NCBI GenBank assembly: GCA_951406725.2
Contig: OX597821.1
Span: forward strand, 9,920,001-9,984,000
Direction of reading: 5' to 3'
DNA from: Octopus vulgaris
Taxonomy: Eukaryota
Length of the DNA: 64,000 nt
The notes under the pieces are model-generated. The model saw only the letters and a list, made by a program, of their open reading frames with translations. It was not told the origin of the DNA and made no database searches. The translations under genes and the position numbers were made by a program. This document shows positions 41,086 through 56,057 of this stretch, piece by piece (within the stretch, counting starts at the first letter, position 1; each line of letters begins with the position of its first letter).

Positions 41086-41189
41086 TGAGTACAGAGTAAT
41101 GTAAGGGAATGTCTGCGTAACTTTAAATGGAGGTATATTTAAAATATGTTTGTATTAATATCATCGTATTTGTTTTTGATGCACAACGA

Positions 41190-43020
41190 CGGCAGTTTTA
41201 GCAGTGATGATTAGTCTATATTACCGATCACAGTGCTCAGCTGGTACTTATTTCATTGTTACTGTAAAGCTGAAAGGCTTCCACTTCTTTTGATTCGAGC
41301 TCAGAGCGTTATGGGTCGGAAGAAATACAGCAAAGAATTTTGTCCGATGCGCAAACGATTCAGCCAGCTCATCATATTAAAATTGTAGTATAATGGAAAC
41401 TAAATTCAATGATAACACGCATTGATTTCTCATGGTTTCTTCGTCCCGTCGAAGTATGGACATTTTTGTGTAGCCGAATATTCCATACACAAGCGTACTT
41501 TAGCAAAATTCTCAGGTGGAATCGGCGTGGCACAATACCAAAAATTCCGAAACTTATATTGCCGATACTGTGACAGTGAAGGAGAGAGGGGTGGAGAGAG
41601 AATAGACAATGGAGTGGCACAAATTTCAGAGGATAAATTGACCGCATCACGACTTGAAATCAGTGAGCACGATATTCTGTCCATAACTGTCCTGATTTTA
41701 ACACATTGTCACTTTGATTTCTAGCTTAGATATGAGATACCAAAAGTTTTATATATTTTTATCTCCTGTACAATGACATAAGGTACAGTTGATGCCGTCC
41801 AGAATTTGAACGCATGAAATAAAAGGACATGTTTTTAACGTTACAAGCTGTTTTCTACTCACTTCTGCATGTTGTTTAGCTCATGAAATTTTGGAGAATA
41901 GGCTAGTGGATCCCATCAAGCCAAAAAGGATGAAAGGCAGAGTCAACTCAGGGGTAATTTAAGTACAAAACATAAAGATGAACGAAATTCTGCCAGGTAT
42001 TTTGTCCGGTGTGCTAAAGTTTTGTCACTTCACAACAGTAATAACGATAATATCCAACATTGGCATTCATTATGGATAGCTGGTCTTTAAATCTATTCAG
42101 TGGAATCGCCCAAAGAATTAAGTGGAACATTTTGTTACATATATATAAAGAAAGGAAAATGCAGTTGATAAATTTGTATTAAGGGTTGTAACTAAATGAA
42201 TCTGAACATTTTGTGCAAGTTCGCTTTATAGATTCAGAAAATATAGCAACTACACACAAACATCCTCATTAGCTCTAAATTTTGGTACACGTCCAGTAGA
42301 AATGTTCAGGGAAGAAAAATAGATTACAACCACCCTGGTTACACAACGGGTATAAATATTATAGACTAAGTGAGTCGACCTCGTCAGAATTTGAATTCAG
42401 AACGCAATGCAACAGATGAAATTGCCATAAGCATTTTATTAGATGGGCTAACCTTCTTTACTAATAACCAAAATACTTACAAAATCTAATAGTAACTAAA
42501 ATGACAATCCTTACAACTATAGGTAGAAGGACTGAAATTTTGAGGAGAGGAAAATGGACGACATCGACCCCTGTACTAAGCAGGTACTTATTTTATCGAC
42601 CCCTAACGGATAAATTTCAAAGCCGATTTCGGAGGAATTTGATCCGAGAACGTAAATACAGACAAACTGCAGCAAAGTAATTCGTCCGTCTTCCTAACGA
42701 TTGTGCTGGTTCTCCGCCTTAATACCGAAAAATATAATAAACTTAAGAAAAACATTTCCTTATTTAAAGCAATACTTTAGATTCGTTCTCTGGCTTTAAT
42801 TATTGACTTCAAGTGTTGGCAAAATTCCAGAAACTCTGGCGAAGAGGTGAAGATTACGTTGAATCCAGTGTTCATCTGTTACTCATTTTGTCACTCCGAA
42901 AGAAGGAAAAGCAAAGCCAAAGTCGGCGGAATTTGTACTCAGAAGGTAAAGACGGACGAAATACTGCAAGAAGTATGCCATACCACGTGAGCTAACGATT
43001 CTGCCACATCACCAACTTAC
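41190..43020 (-). mobile_element. Cluster of about five old SINE family B copies in the same orientation
   Basis: Cores near 41240, 41930, 42375, 42580 and 42900 (gtacttatttt...gaaaggc...gtcgacctc...aatttga). Confidence 0.7.
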
Positions 43021-43757
43021 TTTAATCATTCATTATTGGTAATAATATCCATTAATGTAAAGTAAAAATGATTATATTTCAAACATTTCACTAGATGGTT
43101 TTGTAATGTGTATGTGAATGTGTGTGTGTGGCAAGGAAGTCTATTTTCGATTCTGTAACATTAAATTCAGTTGTCTCTGTTGCATACTGGATATTCGTAC
43201 ATATTTTGTAAATATTCTGAGCATGTAGTTGTTGTTATCGTTTATGTTGCTGCTGCTGCTACTGTTGTTATCGATACTGTTTCGGAACATGACAACACTG
43301 ATCGAAATGGAACATGATTCAATAACTTTCTCTCTCTTTTTCTTTTTGTTTAGTCTAGAGTAAAATGCTGTATGACCTAAAGTCTACATCGTACAGCCTT
43401 TTTCCCGTTCATTCTATGTGTAGGACAATGTGTACTTGGTTGAAAAGAATAAAGTTTTAATTAGTTTTCCTTAGCAAAAGCACGATAGGCTTTGAATGTA
43501 AAATGACTTGCTTCCTATATCTACATATTCATACGCCCTCGTAAAGCTTCCCACTTTAATGTTATTGTTAAATAACATAATATGAATGGCTGTCTAGGCA
43601 GCAAGTTTATTGCGGAATAATATTGAATAGTGCATAACAAGGTAAGATGAAGTAGCATTTTTCATTCCTTGGTTTTTAACGGTCTATATAGAAAAAGTGT
43701 TAGAAATGTCTGATAAGTGCCCATCAAATCACACCCTAATGTATTGAAAAAAGGGTA

Positions 43758-43792
<35 letters not shown>

Positions 43793-44534
43793 TAGATGAT
43801 ATACAGGCTAACGTAGGAGCATCTATGTTTTCTTTTTTCTTTTCGGGAAAATACTAGAATAAACAGAGAGTTATCACTCAGAAAGAGTAAGATGTACAAA
43901 AAGACCCGATTCAAGATTTAGTTAGAGTTAACAATCAATAACAACACCGTTTGTGCCACAATAATTATTCGGATTGGGACTGAGTTTATAATTAAGGCTA
44001 AGTAAAAGCTTAATATTTACAATGACAAGAATGATCGGTTCGTAGAAATTAAAAGGACGAAAATATATGTTGGGGAATTTATTTGCTGCCCTTTACACTT
44101 CTGCGTTCAAATGCGATAGCGGTCAAAATAGCTTTTCATCATTTCGAAATCGATAAAATAATACAGGAATGAAACGCTGAAATCGATTGTTATTCAGTGT
44201 TCCTTTCCAAACTTATTTGAGGCTGTGTATCTATGTAAGAAATCAATATTTAAAATCAATAGATTCGAAAAAGTAACGGACCAAATGCTGTTTGGTTTTT
44301 AGTGAAGACACTTTACGATTCTGATCTTAAACTAGGTCAACATTATCGTTTATTTTTCCGGGGCCATTAAATTAAATTGCTCCTTAAACTACAGGGCTGA
44401 GCTAAATAATTATGCCGACCAATTGTGTTGCAAACCTTCTGCAGATTGCAGATTAGAGTATTTCCGACGATACTTCAAATCGATCGCTTTGATCTCCAAA
44501 CAATCTCAGAAGTTTTGGTTCTAGATATCTATGC

Positions 44535-44905
44535 AAAGGCGGAACTACATGGTAAGAAGTTTGCTTTCAGACAGCATGGTTCCATGTTCAGTCCCACTGC
44601 GTGGCATCTTGGAATTGGTTAGCGAAAACAGAAAGAAGACCCTCATATATGTATATATATATATACATATATGTAAGTGTGCGTGAGAGAGAGAGGGGGA
44701 GAGGGCGTGTGTTTTTTTGTCCTCCATCACAGATTGACGTCCGGCGTCGGTTCGTTTACTTTTCCATAAGTAGTGCTTCGGCAAAAAGGCGGATAGAATA
44801 AGTACCCGGCTTAAAATAAATAAGTACCAGGGCCGATTCGTTCCGCTAGAAGTCTTCAACGTAGCACCCATCATAACTGCAGTCTGATGACTGAAAAAGT
44901 AGAAG
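44535..44905 (+). mobile_element. SINE family C (diverged, internally deleted)
   Basis: ggtaagaagtttgct...catggttccatgttcagtcccactgcgtggcatcttgg...(TA)n...gatagaataagtac...gcagtctgatgactgaaaaagta. Confidence 0.75.
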
Positions 44906-45459
44906 GTACACGATGCGCCTGAAGCAAATTCAAATATTACATCGATATATCTTTGATGCGTATTATGCGTGTGTATGTGAGTTTTGTGTGTGTGTGTGTG
45001 TATGATATATTTCGTCTCGAAGCTTGAGATTAAAATCCGAGAAACTTTAATGCTATAAAAATGAAATTATAATATAAAGGTGGCGAATTAGAGGAATCGC
45101 TATAGCATCGAATAAAATGTTTTTCTTTTCATTTTTCGGATCTCTACGTCCTGCTTTTCAAATGCTTAGCAGCATTTCGTTCGTATGAATGTTTTGAGTT
45201 CAAATACAACCGAGGTCAACTTTACCTTTCGAAATTGTCATTATTCGGAGTCGATAAAAAGTACCAGTTTATTACTAAGGTCGATGTACAGACTAACTCC
45301 TTACCTCGAAATAGGTTGCCTTCCACACACACGCACACAAAAAAGAAAACATGAAATCAATATAAGCATTGTTTGTTTCTCCAGACACGGTTTGCATCTT
45401 ATACGGATGTGACGTCGACACCATTCCTCAACAAATAATAACACTAATTGTTTATAATT

Positions 45460-46107
45460 TTTCTACGTTAGCAGGAGGGGTATTGTCGATTACATCTATC
45501 CTCATGTTAATCTGGTACGTAGTTTATCGACCCGAAGTGAAGAAAGACAAAGTCGACCTCAGTGAAATTTAAATTCGAACTTAAGTAGGCGGAAGAAACG
45601 TGAGTGAATATATTTCAGAAAATCGTAATAATAATTCTTTTTTACTCTACGCAGAAGGCTTGAAATTTTGGGGGGAGTGTATAATTTATTAGATCGGGGA
45701 GGGGTATATTGATAAGCTCACTCACCAGTACTCAACTCGTACTTAATTTACAGGCCCGGAAATGATGAAAGGCGAAGTCGTCTTCGGCTGAATTTTTAAC
45801 TCACAAAAGTAAGGACGGTCAAAATGCCACTAAGCATTTGCCAGGCGTCCCTAACGGTTCTGGCAGCACATCACCTAATAATAATTATCATTATAATTGT
45901 TTCAAATTTTTGCCAAACGGTCAGCTTGGGGGAGGTGGGGATGAATCGATTACGTCGACCCTAGTCTTCACCTGGTACTTATTTTATCGACCCCGAAGGA
46001 TAAAAAGCAAAGTCGACCTCGGCTTAGTTTGAACTAAAAAGCAAGAACAGACGAAATGTCACTAAGTAATTTGGCAGGCGCCCTAACGTTTCTTCCAGCT
46101 CACCGCC

Positions 46108-46110
<3 letters not shown>
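45460..46110 (-). mobile_element. Three tandem SINE family B copies
   Basis: Cores near 45530, 45765 and 45990; the last ends caccgcct before (AAT)n. Confidence 0.8.
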
Positions 46111-46151
<41 letters not shown>

Positions 46152-46154
<3 letters not shown>

Positions 46155-46708
46155 GCCCTGATGCAGTACCAGGCAATGGCTCTCATGGCTTCTGATCTTA
46201 ACTGATTTGAAGTGTTATCGTGTACATTGATTTGTCTTGGTATAAAAGATGGGCTACAGCAAATATTCTGCTCAATACCACAGATTTGCTTGTCAGTTGT
46301 TTGACCTTAACCAGTTGAGCATGTCCCTTAGTGGCTGACGATATGTGCATCTCTGATCACGAGCAGAAGTAGTGGGGGAGCATCATAGCCATGTATTGAG
46401 AAGGATTCTTTGGGGTTTGAATAATTCACCTCTGGAAACATGGGTATTTCGTTCAACGTCCTTAAACAACCCTTATTCAGGGACCTTTTGAGCGGGATGG
46501 GTTACTCAAACTGAAGAAAATTCTAACTGGGCTCCACCTGCAAGGTCATGTGCTGTTTATCTTGATATGAGATCACCATATCGCGCACATATGGTTGTGA
46601 TGCATGTGCCTGGTGTACCCTTATCAGACGGGTAGTCATGATGGGTATACTGGGCTTCGTATATTTTACCCCAGTGTCACTTTGATGGCATGCTCTGCTC
46701 GCTCACTC
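46152..46708 (+). repeat. ~555-bp non-coding interspersed repeat in (AAT)n, copy 1
   Basis: aatgccctgatgcagtaccaggc...ctgctcgctcactc, with (AAT)n on both sides; homologous to 46816-47333. Strand inferred from G-U-compatible stems. Confidence 0.85.
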
Positions 46709-46777
<69 letters not shown>

Positions 46778-46815
46778 TATAATGATAATAATGATGATGA
46801 TGATGAGGATAATAT

Positions 46816-47333
46816 AATGCTCCAATGCAGTACCAGGCACTGGCTCTGAATGGAAATGTTATTATGTACACGTTATATCTTGATGTAAAAAGATGGACTG
46901 CAGCAAATATTGTGCCAAATACCACGTATCTGCTTGTCAGTTGTTTGTCGTAAAGCAGCTGAGCATGTCCCTCAGTCGCTGACAGTATGTGCATCTCTGA
47001 TGACGAACAATAGCAGTGGGGGAACATCATAGACATGTATTTAAAGGAATTCTTTAGAGTTTGTATAATTCATATTTGGGAACATGTGTTTTGTCCTTCA
47101 ACCCTTAGTAACCCTCAGTCACAGACATTTTGGGCGGGATGGGATACTCACTTAGAAAACTGGTCTCACTGGGGCCCCAACTGCAAGGTCATGCGCTTTT
47201 TATCTTTATATAATATAGTACAAATATGGCTGCGATGCATGTCTCTAGTGTACACTTAAAAGACGGGTTGTCATGAAGGGTGTCATATTCGTACCCCAGT
47301 TTCACTTTGATGACATGTACTGCTCTCTCACTC
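46816..47333 (+). repeat. ~520-bp diverged copy 2 of the same repeat
   Basis: aatgctccaatgcagtaccaggc...ctgctctctcactc followed by (AAT)n. Confidence 0.85.
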
Positions 47334-47414
47334 AATAATAATAATAATAATAATAATAATGATAATAATATTAATAATAATACTAATGATGATAATGATG
47401 ATGATGATGATGAT

Positions 47415-47695
47415 AAGTCGAGAGATATGAAAGGTTAGCATGGGACGTTAAGAAGTTGTGGTCGATGAAAAAGGTAGCAGTAGTACCAATAATTTTTGGA
47501 GCCCTGGGAAGAGTGAGCAAAAATCTCGAGAAGTACGTGGAACAAATAGGGGCTGCAATAAGAGTGGAGCCTTTGCAGAAAACAACACTGCTTGGAACCG
47601 CTCGAATACTTCGGAAGGTGGTCGAAAAATAATGTGTTACCTTGGCTCACTCGTAGTGAACAGCCGACACCGTGCGTTAGAAGCTGTGCAAAGGC
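47415..47695 (+). mobile_element. R4/Dong-like LINE 3' end, family 1
   Basis: RYERLAWDVKKLWSMKKVAVVPIIFGALG...LQKTTLLGTARILRKVVEK*, a short 3' UTR, then (AAT)n. Confidence 0.9.
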
Positions 47696-47778
<83 letters not shown>

Positions 47779-48165
47779 GAGTTTGACAATTCAGACAATA
47801 TAAAGACCTGCTCATTGAAATTGAGAAAATGTGGCATCTCAAATGTTACAATACCAATGATCGTAGGAGCACTAGGAATGATCAAGAAGGGAACCGAAAA
47901 TTATATGAGAATGATCCCTGGCTTACCATCGCTGAAAGAAGTGCAAAAGATTGTCTTAACTGGTACATCACACGTATTGAGAAGAGCATTGTCGATGTGA
48001 GAACTATTAATACCCATGTATTTTCATTTAACTTTAAAAAAAATGAACGAACTAGTGAGTTTAGTTTAATGGCCTACCAATGTATACTATGAGTTTCTTT
48101 GCCCTAGGAGTCGGGAAGACACTCGGCAAGAAATGGAAGCAAATTTGAAAGAAGAAGAAAAAGAA
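47779..48165 (+). mobile_element. R4/Dong-like LINE 3' end, family 2
   Basis: YKDLLIEIEKMWHLK [frameshift] VTIPMIVGALGMIKKG...EVQKIVLTGTSHVLRRALSM*, then a 3' UTR; flanked by (AAT)n. Confidence 0.9.
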
Positions 48166-48206
48166 TATAATAATAATAATAATATTATTATTATTAGTAG
48201 TAGTAG

Positions 48207-48238
<32 letters not shown>

Positions 48239-49074
48239 GAAAGAAAATCGGGAACTATTATCACAAAGAAAAAGAACAAAACCTCTGTCGAGATGTTAAT
48301 AATCTTGAAAGTATTGGTGATGATAATGACGATGAGGATTACGACAATGAATGGGATTGAATGTTGAAAATACACGTTTCTTATGTTTATAATTGAAAGT
48401 GATGAAGTGGAAGAATGGGATGATGACGATGATGTTGATTATGGTATGGACGAAGCTGTAGAAGATAATTTTAATAGAGCCTGTTAATATAAATTGATAA
48501 TATTACTTTATGATGAGGCTGCTTAGTATTGTTGCTGGAGATGATGATGATGGGGATACAAAGGAGAAGAAATATAAAGTTGAAGTACTCTTCTTGTTTC
48601 ATATTTCGTTGACTCCCTAGTGGTGATAACTACGAATACTTCTCTTTCAGAAATCGAGCGAACTGATGCTTGACTTTAGATTATAAATCGATAATAATAG
48701 AAAGCTCACACCCTCTCTACGCTCCTCATACATAAACAGAGACACAATCAGAAAGTTAATATTCTCATAGTTTTGGTATATGTACTCAAAACCATTTTGT
48801 AAGAATTGTACACAAATTTACTTATAAAGGAACACGGATCATATAGGTAGTTTACCTATTTTAGTAGTAAAAGCAGTCAAACCTGCATATTTTATTGTCC
48901 GACCGTTTATTTTATAATTTGTTTTGTATTTTTATGTTCATTCTTCAAAACTGTCAAAAGGTATATATTGCTCCTCAAACCATAGACCTGAGTTAAATAC
49001 GCGCAACAGACTGTGAAATATATCTAATGTACAGAATGAAGTTTACCAAACAATAACCAAGTCACGAAATGAGG

Positions 49075-50950
49075 ACGTGGTTGGAGCTTGTGGCTTTGTA
49101 GTTTTTCGCATCTGCCCACACAAAATTTAAATACAGACGAGGTCAAAAATATCTTTCCGCCTGTTTCTTGAATAGAAAGTAGTTTGGGAGACAGAGTGTC
49201 AGAACTTTCAGAAATTTCATCTGGATACCTTGCAATAGTTCGTCCGTTGTATTTTCGTCTTTATTCAAATTTCATCTTCACCGTCTTTGATGATGGATTT
49301 CATCATCAAATTTATATAACATCACCATCTCTTACATTATATCTACCGCCACTAAAGCTGCATTGGATCCTTCTGAGACCTCCCAAAGCCATTCCATGAA
49401 ATTTTCAATGTTCCATTTTCTTTCTCTTTTCAACGGCAATGGATCGATAAGCAGTTCCACATTGAGAAAGATTGCTGCCAGCTTTTCTCTAACTCAAAAG
49501 TTCATAAGTTTGGCCAATCCCTTCTTAATGCATCTGCCCCAATAGACTCCCCGACCAGATGCGAAATGCGGAAATGCCTTGAATTGCTTAAATGAAATAA
49601 TGTTGCCAGCTTTCACAGTGACTCAGCTAAAGCAGAAATAAATCTGAACCGCAGAAACGGCCAGTATATTCAAGAAATTATTTAATTTCACACTCTACTA
49701 CCCAGACATTGACGCTGCATTGATTTTAATTCTAATACATCCAACTTAATGCGAACATCCATTAACATCATGTGCTCGTTCAATCTAACTCTCTTCTCTG
49801 TTATAACCAATTTTGTTTCCGTAAAACCAAATCCACAAGGCATCTACCTACATCTTCATATCACCCATGATTGTTGTATGGAGATTTTCTAGATATCAAC
49901 AAAAGTTTTGACTAAGTTTAACGTACAAATTTCAACTTTAAGTTCGGCCACTAAAGTCTCCAATTATCTTTTATCTCTTGGGCCGTTAATTTCCCATGAT
50001 ATCGTATTCTTGCGTCACATGCTAAGGGTGACATTTCTGTTCCCCTTTTAACAGAGATGTCCCTCCAACGCTAGTTCCGTTTCAATCTCTGTTTCTTCCA
50101 TGAATCACAAACAATGCTTAATTCTACTTATATGAAACGGCACTTCATCCGCCCCGAACATCTATTTTGTGTGCTTTATTTATATCCAGTGTAAACACTA
50201 CACATCGAACATGCATTGAGCCGGAAAACGGAGACATTGATACAGCAATGACATGACAAACTTGACTGTTTTAACAAGAGAAAAAATGTCTCAAGCATTA
50301 TTCAAATGAAGGACAACGGTGGTATCTCAGACCTTCTGAATATGAGCGACAAACAGGTATAGACCTCGCACTTCCTCCAAATATTAGGCACGAATTTTCC
50401 CTACGATTTCTCCTCTCTCTGGAGCCCCAGAAAATATTTCAGTTCCAAAAGCGACTGATATTATACAAAGCTCAACTACGATAAACAATGGTGCATTGCA
50501 CTCACATCTCGGGCGTTATTGAACTATGAATACTGACATACTGTTTTAAATGCATACAAAGGCCACCTGGATGGTTGCTATTCTTGCTCTAGCATCTGGA
50601 CCATCGATGTAAAATCATTTATCTCACTATTGTAGCATATCTGTTCCGCATTTCTAAATTAACCAGTCTCGTGTCTTGACCGTAAGGTTTCCTGCGAATG
50701 ACTCCCCTCCCCACCTTAAGTGACACTTGGTGTATCCTGCTCAGGTATACTAGCTAATGAACACATTTCTTCAAACCTACACTATATCAACCCCCTGAAA
50801 TCTTATCCCGTTTGCAAATTTCATATTACAAGTAATATTAAACGTATCATTTTCACCAGTATTGAAGTTAATAGAAAATACATGAGCTTTGTCCCTTCTT
50901 CCAGATACAACAAATTTCTGAAATCCACTGCTTTATATACCACCATAAAT
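49075..50950 (+). mobile_element. Highly decayed CR1/L2/Jockey-group LINE (RT region)
   Basis: NQFCFRKTKST at about 49805-49837 (QxGFR..RST), LDINKSFD*V at 49889-49918 (LDISKAFDKV), LILYKAQLR*TMVHCTHISG at 50455-50514 (LYKAQVRPxMEYCSHIWG). Boundaries are approximate. Confidence 0.75.
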
Positions 50951-51382
50951 CACTAATACAACGGACAATGACAACAGCCCAAATGAACCAACGAGATAAC
51001 ATTTTAGTGGTCACACACTTTCAGCGAAATAACTACGACATCCTCCTCTCTGCACAGAGTAACGTCGTAAAAACAATGAATGACATAATGGACGTGGTAT
51101 TCTTAGATATTGGAAGAAATACGTCATTGTCACTGTTTGCAAGTATTTTGTCCGTATTGCATCGCTCATACCAACAAACCTAGAAATAAGCTATAAGAAC
51201 GAAAAGAAAACCATCAATTATAAGACGCATTCAAAAATTTAATGCAAGGCGTACATACGTCGTTCAATGGAGGCGATTATATAAATGGTGCTTAGAATTG
51301 GCTCCAGAGAGATAAAACTGAATGTCTGACTTGAGGGCATATAGTTTTCGGAAATAAAATTTTAAGATGTAGATGCAGATGT

Positions 51383-51533
<151 letters not shown>

Positions 51534-51876
51534 AAACAGTGATATACAAATTTTGGAGTAAACTTTCGTGTGCTTACGTGATGTATGTATTTATATGCAT
51601 CCATATACATATATATGTGTGCGTATGTGTGTGTGTGTGTTTATGTGTACGCAATACTGTATGTATGGATGCATTGGCGGCCGGACAGACTTACCTTTCC
51701 TGTCGCGCTTTTATTTTATACTTTCAGTTTATTACGCAGTTCAGTAGAAAAATATAGAGTATAGAGTTACAATTTGAATTTATTTTAGGGAAAATATTCA
51801 TTATACACGCGCACGGACGTCCACACTATTTACATAGTTATATATGCATATAACTACATATGCATATATAAATATA

Positions 51877-51944
<68 letters not shown>

Positions 51945-51952
51945 CGTACAAA

Positions 51953-52116
51953 TAGGTGCAGGGGTGGCTGAGTGGTAAGTAGCTTGCTTAACAGCCACAT
52001 GGTTCCGCGTTCATTCCCATTCCGTGGCATCTTGGGCAAGTGTTTTCTGCTATAGACTCAGGCCGACCAAAGTCGTGTGAGTGATTTTGGTAAACGGAAA
52101 CTGACAGAAGCCCGTC

Positions 52117-52190
<74 letters not shown>

Positions 52191-52356
52191 GTGTGTATAT
52201 GTTTGTGCGTCTGTGTTTGTCCCCTAAAGAGATCTACAGAATAAGTACTAGGCTTACAAAGAATAAGTCCTGGGGTCGATTTGCTCGACTAAAGGTGGTG
52301 CTCCAGCATGGCCGCAGTCAAATGACTGAAAGAAGTAAAAGGGTAAAAAGAGAGAG
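51953..52356 (+). mobile_element. SINE family C (deletion in right module)
   Basis: aggtgcaggggtggctgagtggtaagtagc...(TA)n...ggccgcagtcaaatgactgaaagaagtaaaa. Confidence 0.9.
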
Positions 52357-53053
52357 TACACATACATACATACACCCATATATACATATATGTATGTATG
52401 TATGCATGTATAAATACATATACAGATTCATGTGAAAACACACAACTTATGATCCGTCCATTACGAAACTCGCACGAGTGTGAGTGTTTGTGTGCGCGCG
52501 CGCATGTGTGTGTGTGTGCATGTGTGTGAGTGTTTGTGTGCGCGCGCGCGCGTGTGTGTGTGCGTGCGTCTGTTAAGAGAACGAAAAGCATGCTCTATAA
52601 AGGGAAATATAGTAAATCCAATTATCTGCTAATTTAAAATTGCATCATTTAGTGAACGCTGTTATTCGCCAATTAGTATATTATAAGTAGATAAATAAAT
52701 ATTTAGCCTTCCAAGTTATCAGAGCGAAAATTCGATCATTACTTCCGCATCGCCGCCTACTTCTTCCGATATACATGTGTTCGATTTCTTGATCCAAAGC
52801 ATTAGTACACAAATTTCTACTGTCCTTACAACTACTACTAATAAAAGAGCAAAACCATCAATAACTAAATAAATAAGGATATAACAGTGGCATATTGTTT
52901 ATGACAAAATAATAAGTAGAAGCAGCATTTCAAAAAGATAAACAGTGTATTAAATTCGATCATACCCGAATATATGACTGGTATATTTTTTACATTATCA
53001 CAATTTTACGTTATTGCAATTCCGGCTAGCTGATGATCTAATATCTCAAAAGT

Positions 53054-53440
53054 GAATGGAAGCACTCTGTCGGTTACGACGACGAGGGTTCCGGTTGATC
53101 CGATCAAAGGAACAGCCTGCTCGTGACATTAACGTGTAAGTGGCTGAGCACTCCACAGACACGTGTACCCTTAACGTAGTTCTCAGGGGTGATTCAGCGT
53201 GACACAGAGAGTGACAAGGCCGGCCCTTTGAAATACAGGTACAACAGAAACAGGAAAGTAAGAGTGAGAGAAAGTTGTGGTGAAAGAGTACAGCAGGGAT
53301 CACCACCATCCCTGCCGGAGCCTCGTGGAGCTTTTAGGTGTTTTCGCTTAATAAAGACTCACAACGCCCGGTCTGGGAATCGAAACCGCGATCCTATGAC
53401 CGCGAGTCCGCTGCCCTAACCACTGGGCCATTGCGCCTCC
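53054..53440 (-). mobile_element. SINE A1, full length, 13-bp TSD
   Basis: Complete element; atatctcaaaagt (53041-53053) and acatctcagaagt (53441-53453). Confidence 0.95.
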
Positions 53441-53633
53441 ACATCTCAGAAGTATAAATTATTAGGAAATTATTTCCCCACGACGAAACTACTGTTGTTC
53501 ACATTAGACAATATGTCAGCAGGTGCGTGCGTATATCAGTGAGTATGTCAACGTCCATAGGCATATGCTAATATCTGTGCGCTCGCACACACACACACAC
53601 ACACACAGGCACGCACACACACACACATGCACG

Positions 53634-53673
<40 letters not shown>

Positions 53674-53789
53674 AGCAAATACGTATACGTGGATAATATA
53701 TATATGTTTGTATGTGCATAATATATACGTATGTATGCATGTTTATATATATATATTGAGATGGCTATTATACTATATGTATATATATA

Positions 53790-53829
<40 letters not shown>

Positions 53830-54045
53830 CGGAGGCACATTGGCCCAGTGGTTAGGGCAGCGAACTCGCGGTTGTAGGATCACGGTTTCGATTCCCAGAC
53901 CAGGCATTGTGAGTGTTTATTGAGCTAAAGCTCCACGAGGCTCAGGCAGGGGGTGGTGGCGATCCCTGCTGTACTCTTTCGCCACAATTTTCTCTCACTC
54001 TTTCTTCTACTGGCCTGCTCACTTAGCCAGCGGGGTGGCATCCTT
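53830..54045 (+). mobile_element. SINE A2, 3'-truncated
   Basis: Head plus tggcctgctcacttagccagcggggtggcatc. Confidence 0.88.
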
Positions 54046-54775
54046 TGCGTATTTGTACGCGCATGTGTACATATAAATATTTATCTATCCCTTTCTCTTT
54101 GTATTTCTCTGTGGCTCTCTCACAAACACACTGACGCATATATACACAAATACATGCATGTATGTGTTTAGAATGGGTTGGGGTATGTTAAAATCCATTT
54201 CGCTTCCGAGAATGTTTACATTTTTAAGGAAAGTTGAACTTCTTTGTTCCAAGAGAGGTGTTTTTGAAAGGAGCCGAACTACCCTTTATATTTTCGTTAC
54301 AACTAAGGGAACTGAAAACTCAAGAAGACCTTGGCTGTCTCATAATTTTCCCGGGCCTTAGTCTTTTAGATATACACAACTAAAAATGACGTCCAAATAA
54401 TTCACAAATATGAGGCCCCGTTGTAGATTCGAATTATATGTAGGTTCATAAAACCCATATCAGTACAATGACATTTCAAAAACAAAGAAATATCAACAAT
54501 AATAACAAAACCACCACAACCAGCAGCAATAATAATTTAATTTATTTGCCACAAGAGTGAAGGATAGTGGGGGGACGATACCAAAGCAGATATAAAGTGG
54601 TGGGTTTTACATATAGTGAAATGATAAATAAACAAAAAAAAGTTTTAAAGTATATACGGTATACAATGAAATAGAAGGGACATACTCATAGTATACAAAT
54701 TATTAGAAAAATGTGGCGGAAGTATGATACAGGAATGCCTCTAGAGATAATCGAAGAATGATGATGATGATAATC

Positions 54776-54836
<61 letters not shown>

Positions 54837-54844
54837 CACTCCTT

Positions 54845-55953
<1,109 letters not shown>

Positions 55954-55977
55954 AATAATAATAATGATAATAATAAC

Positions 55978-56057
<80 letters not shown>

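Noticed and set aside
41372-41724. Overlapping 84-100 aa ORFs of ordinary composition
   Set aside because: No recognisable domain, non-ATG starts, and located among decayed repeats.
54419-54471. miR-10-like sequence ttgtagattcgaatt
   Set aside because: The seed is absent and the hairpin has a large asymmetric bulge. I recognised no conserved miRNA in the window.
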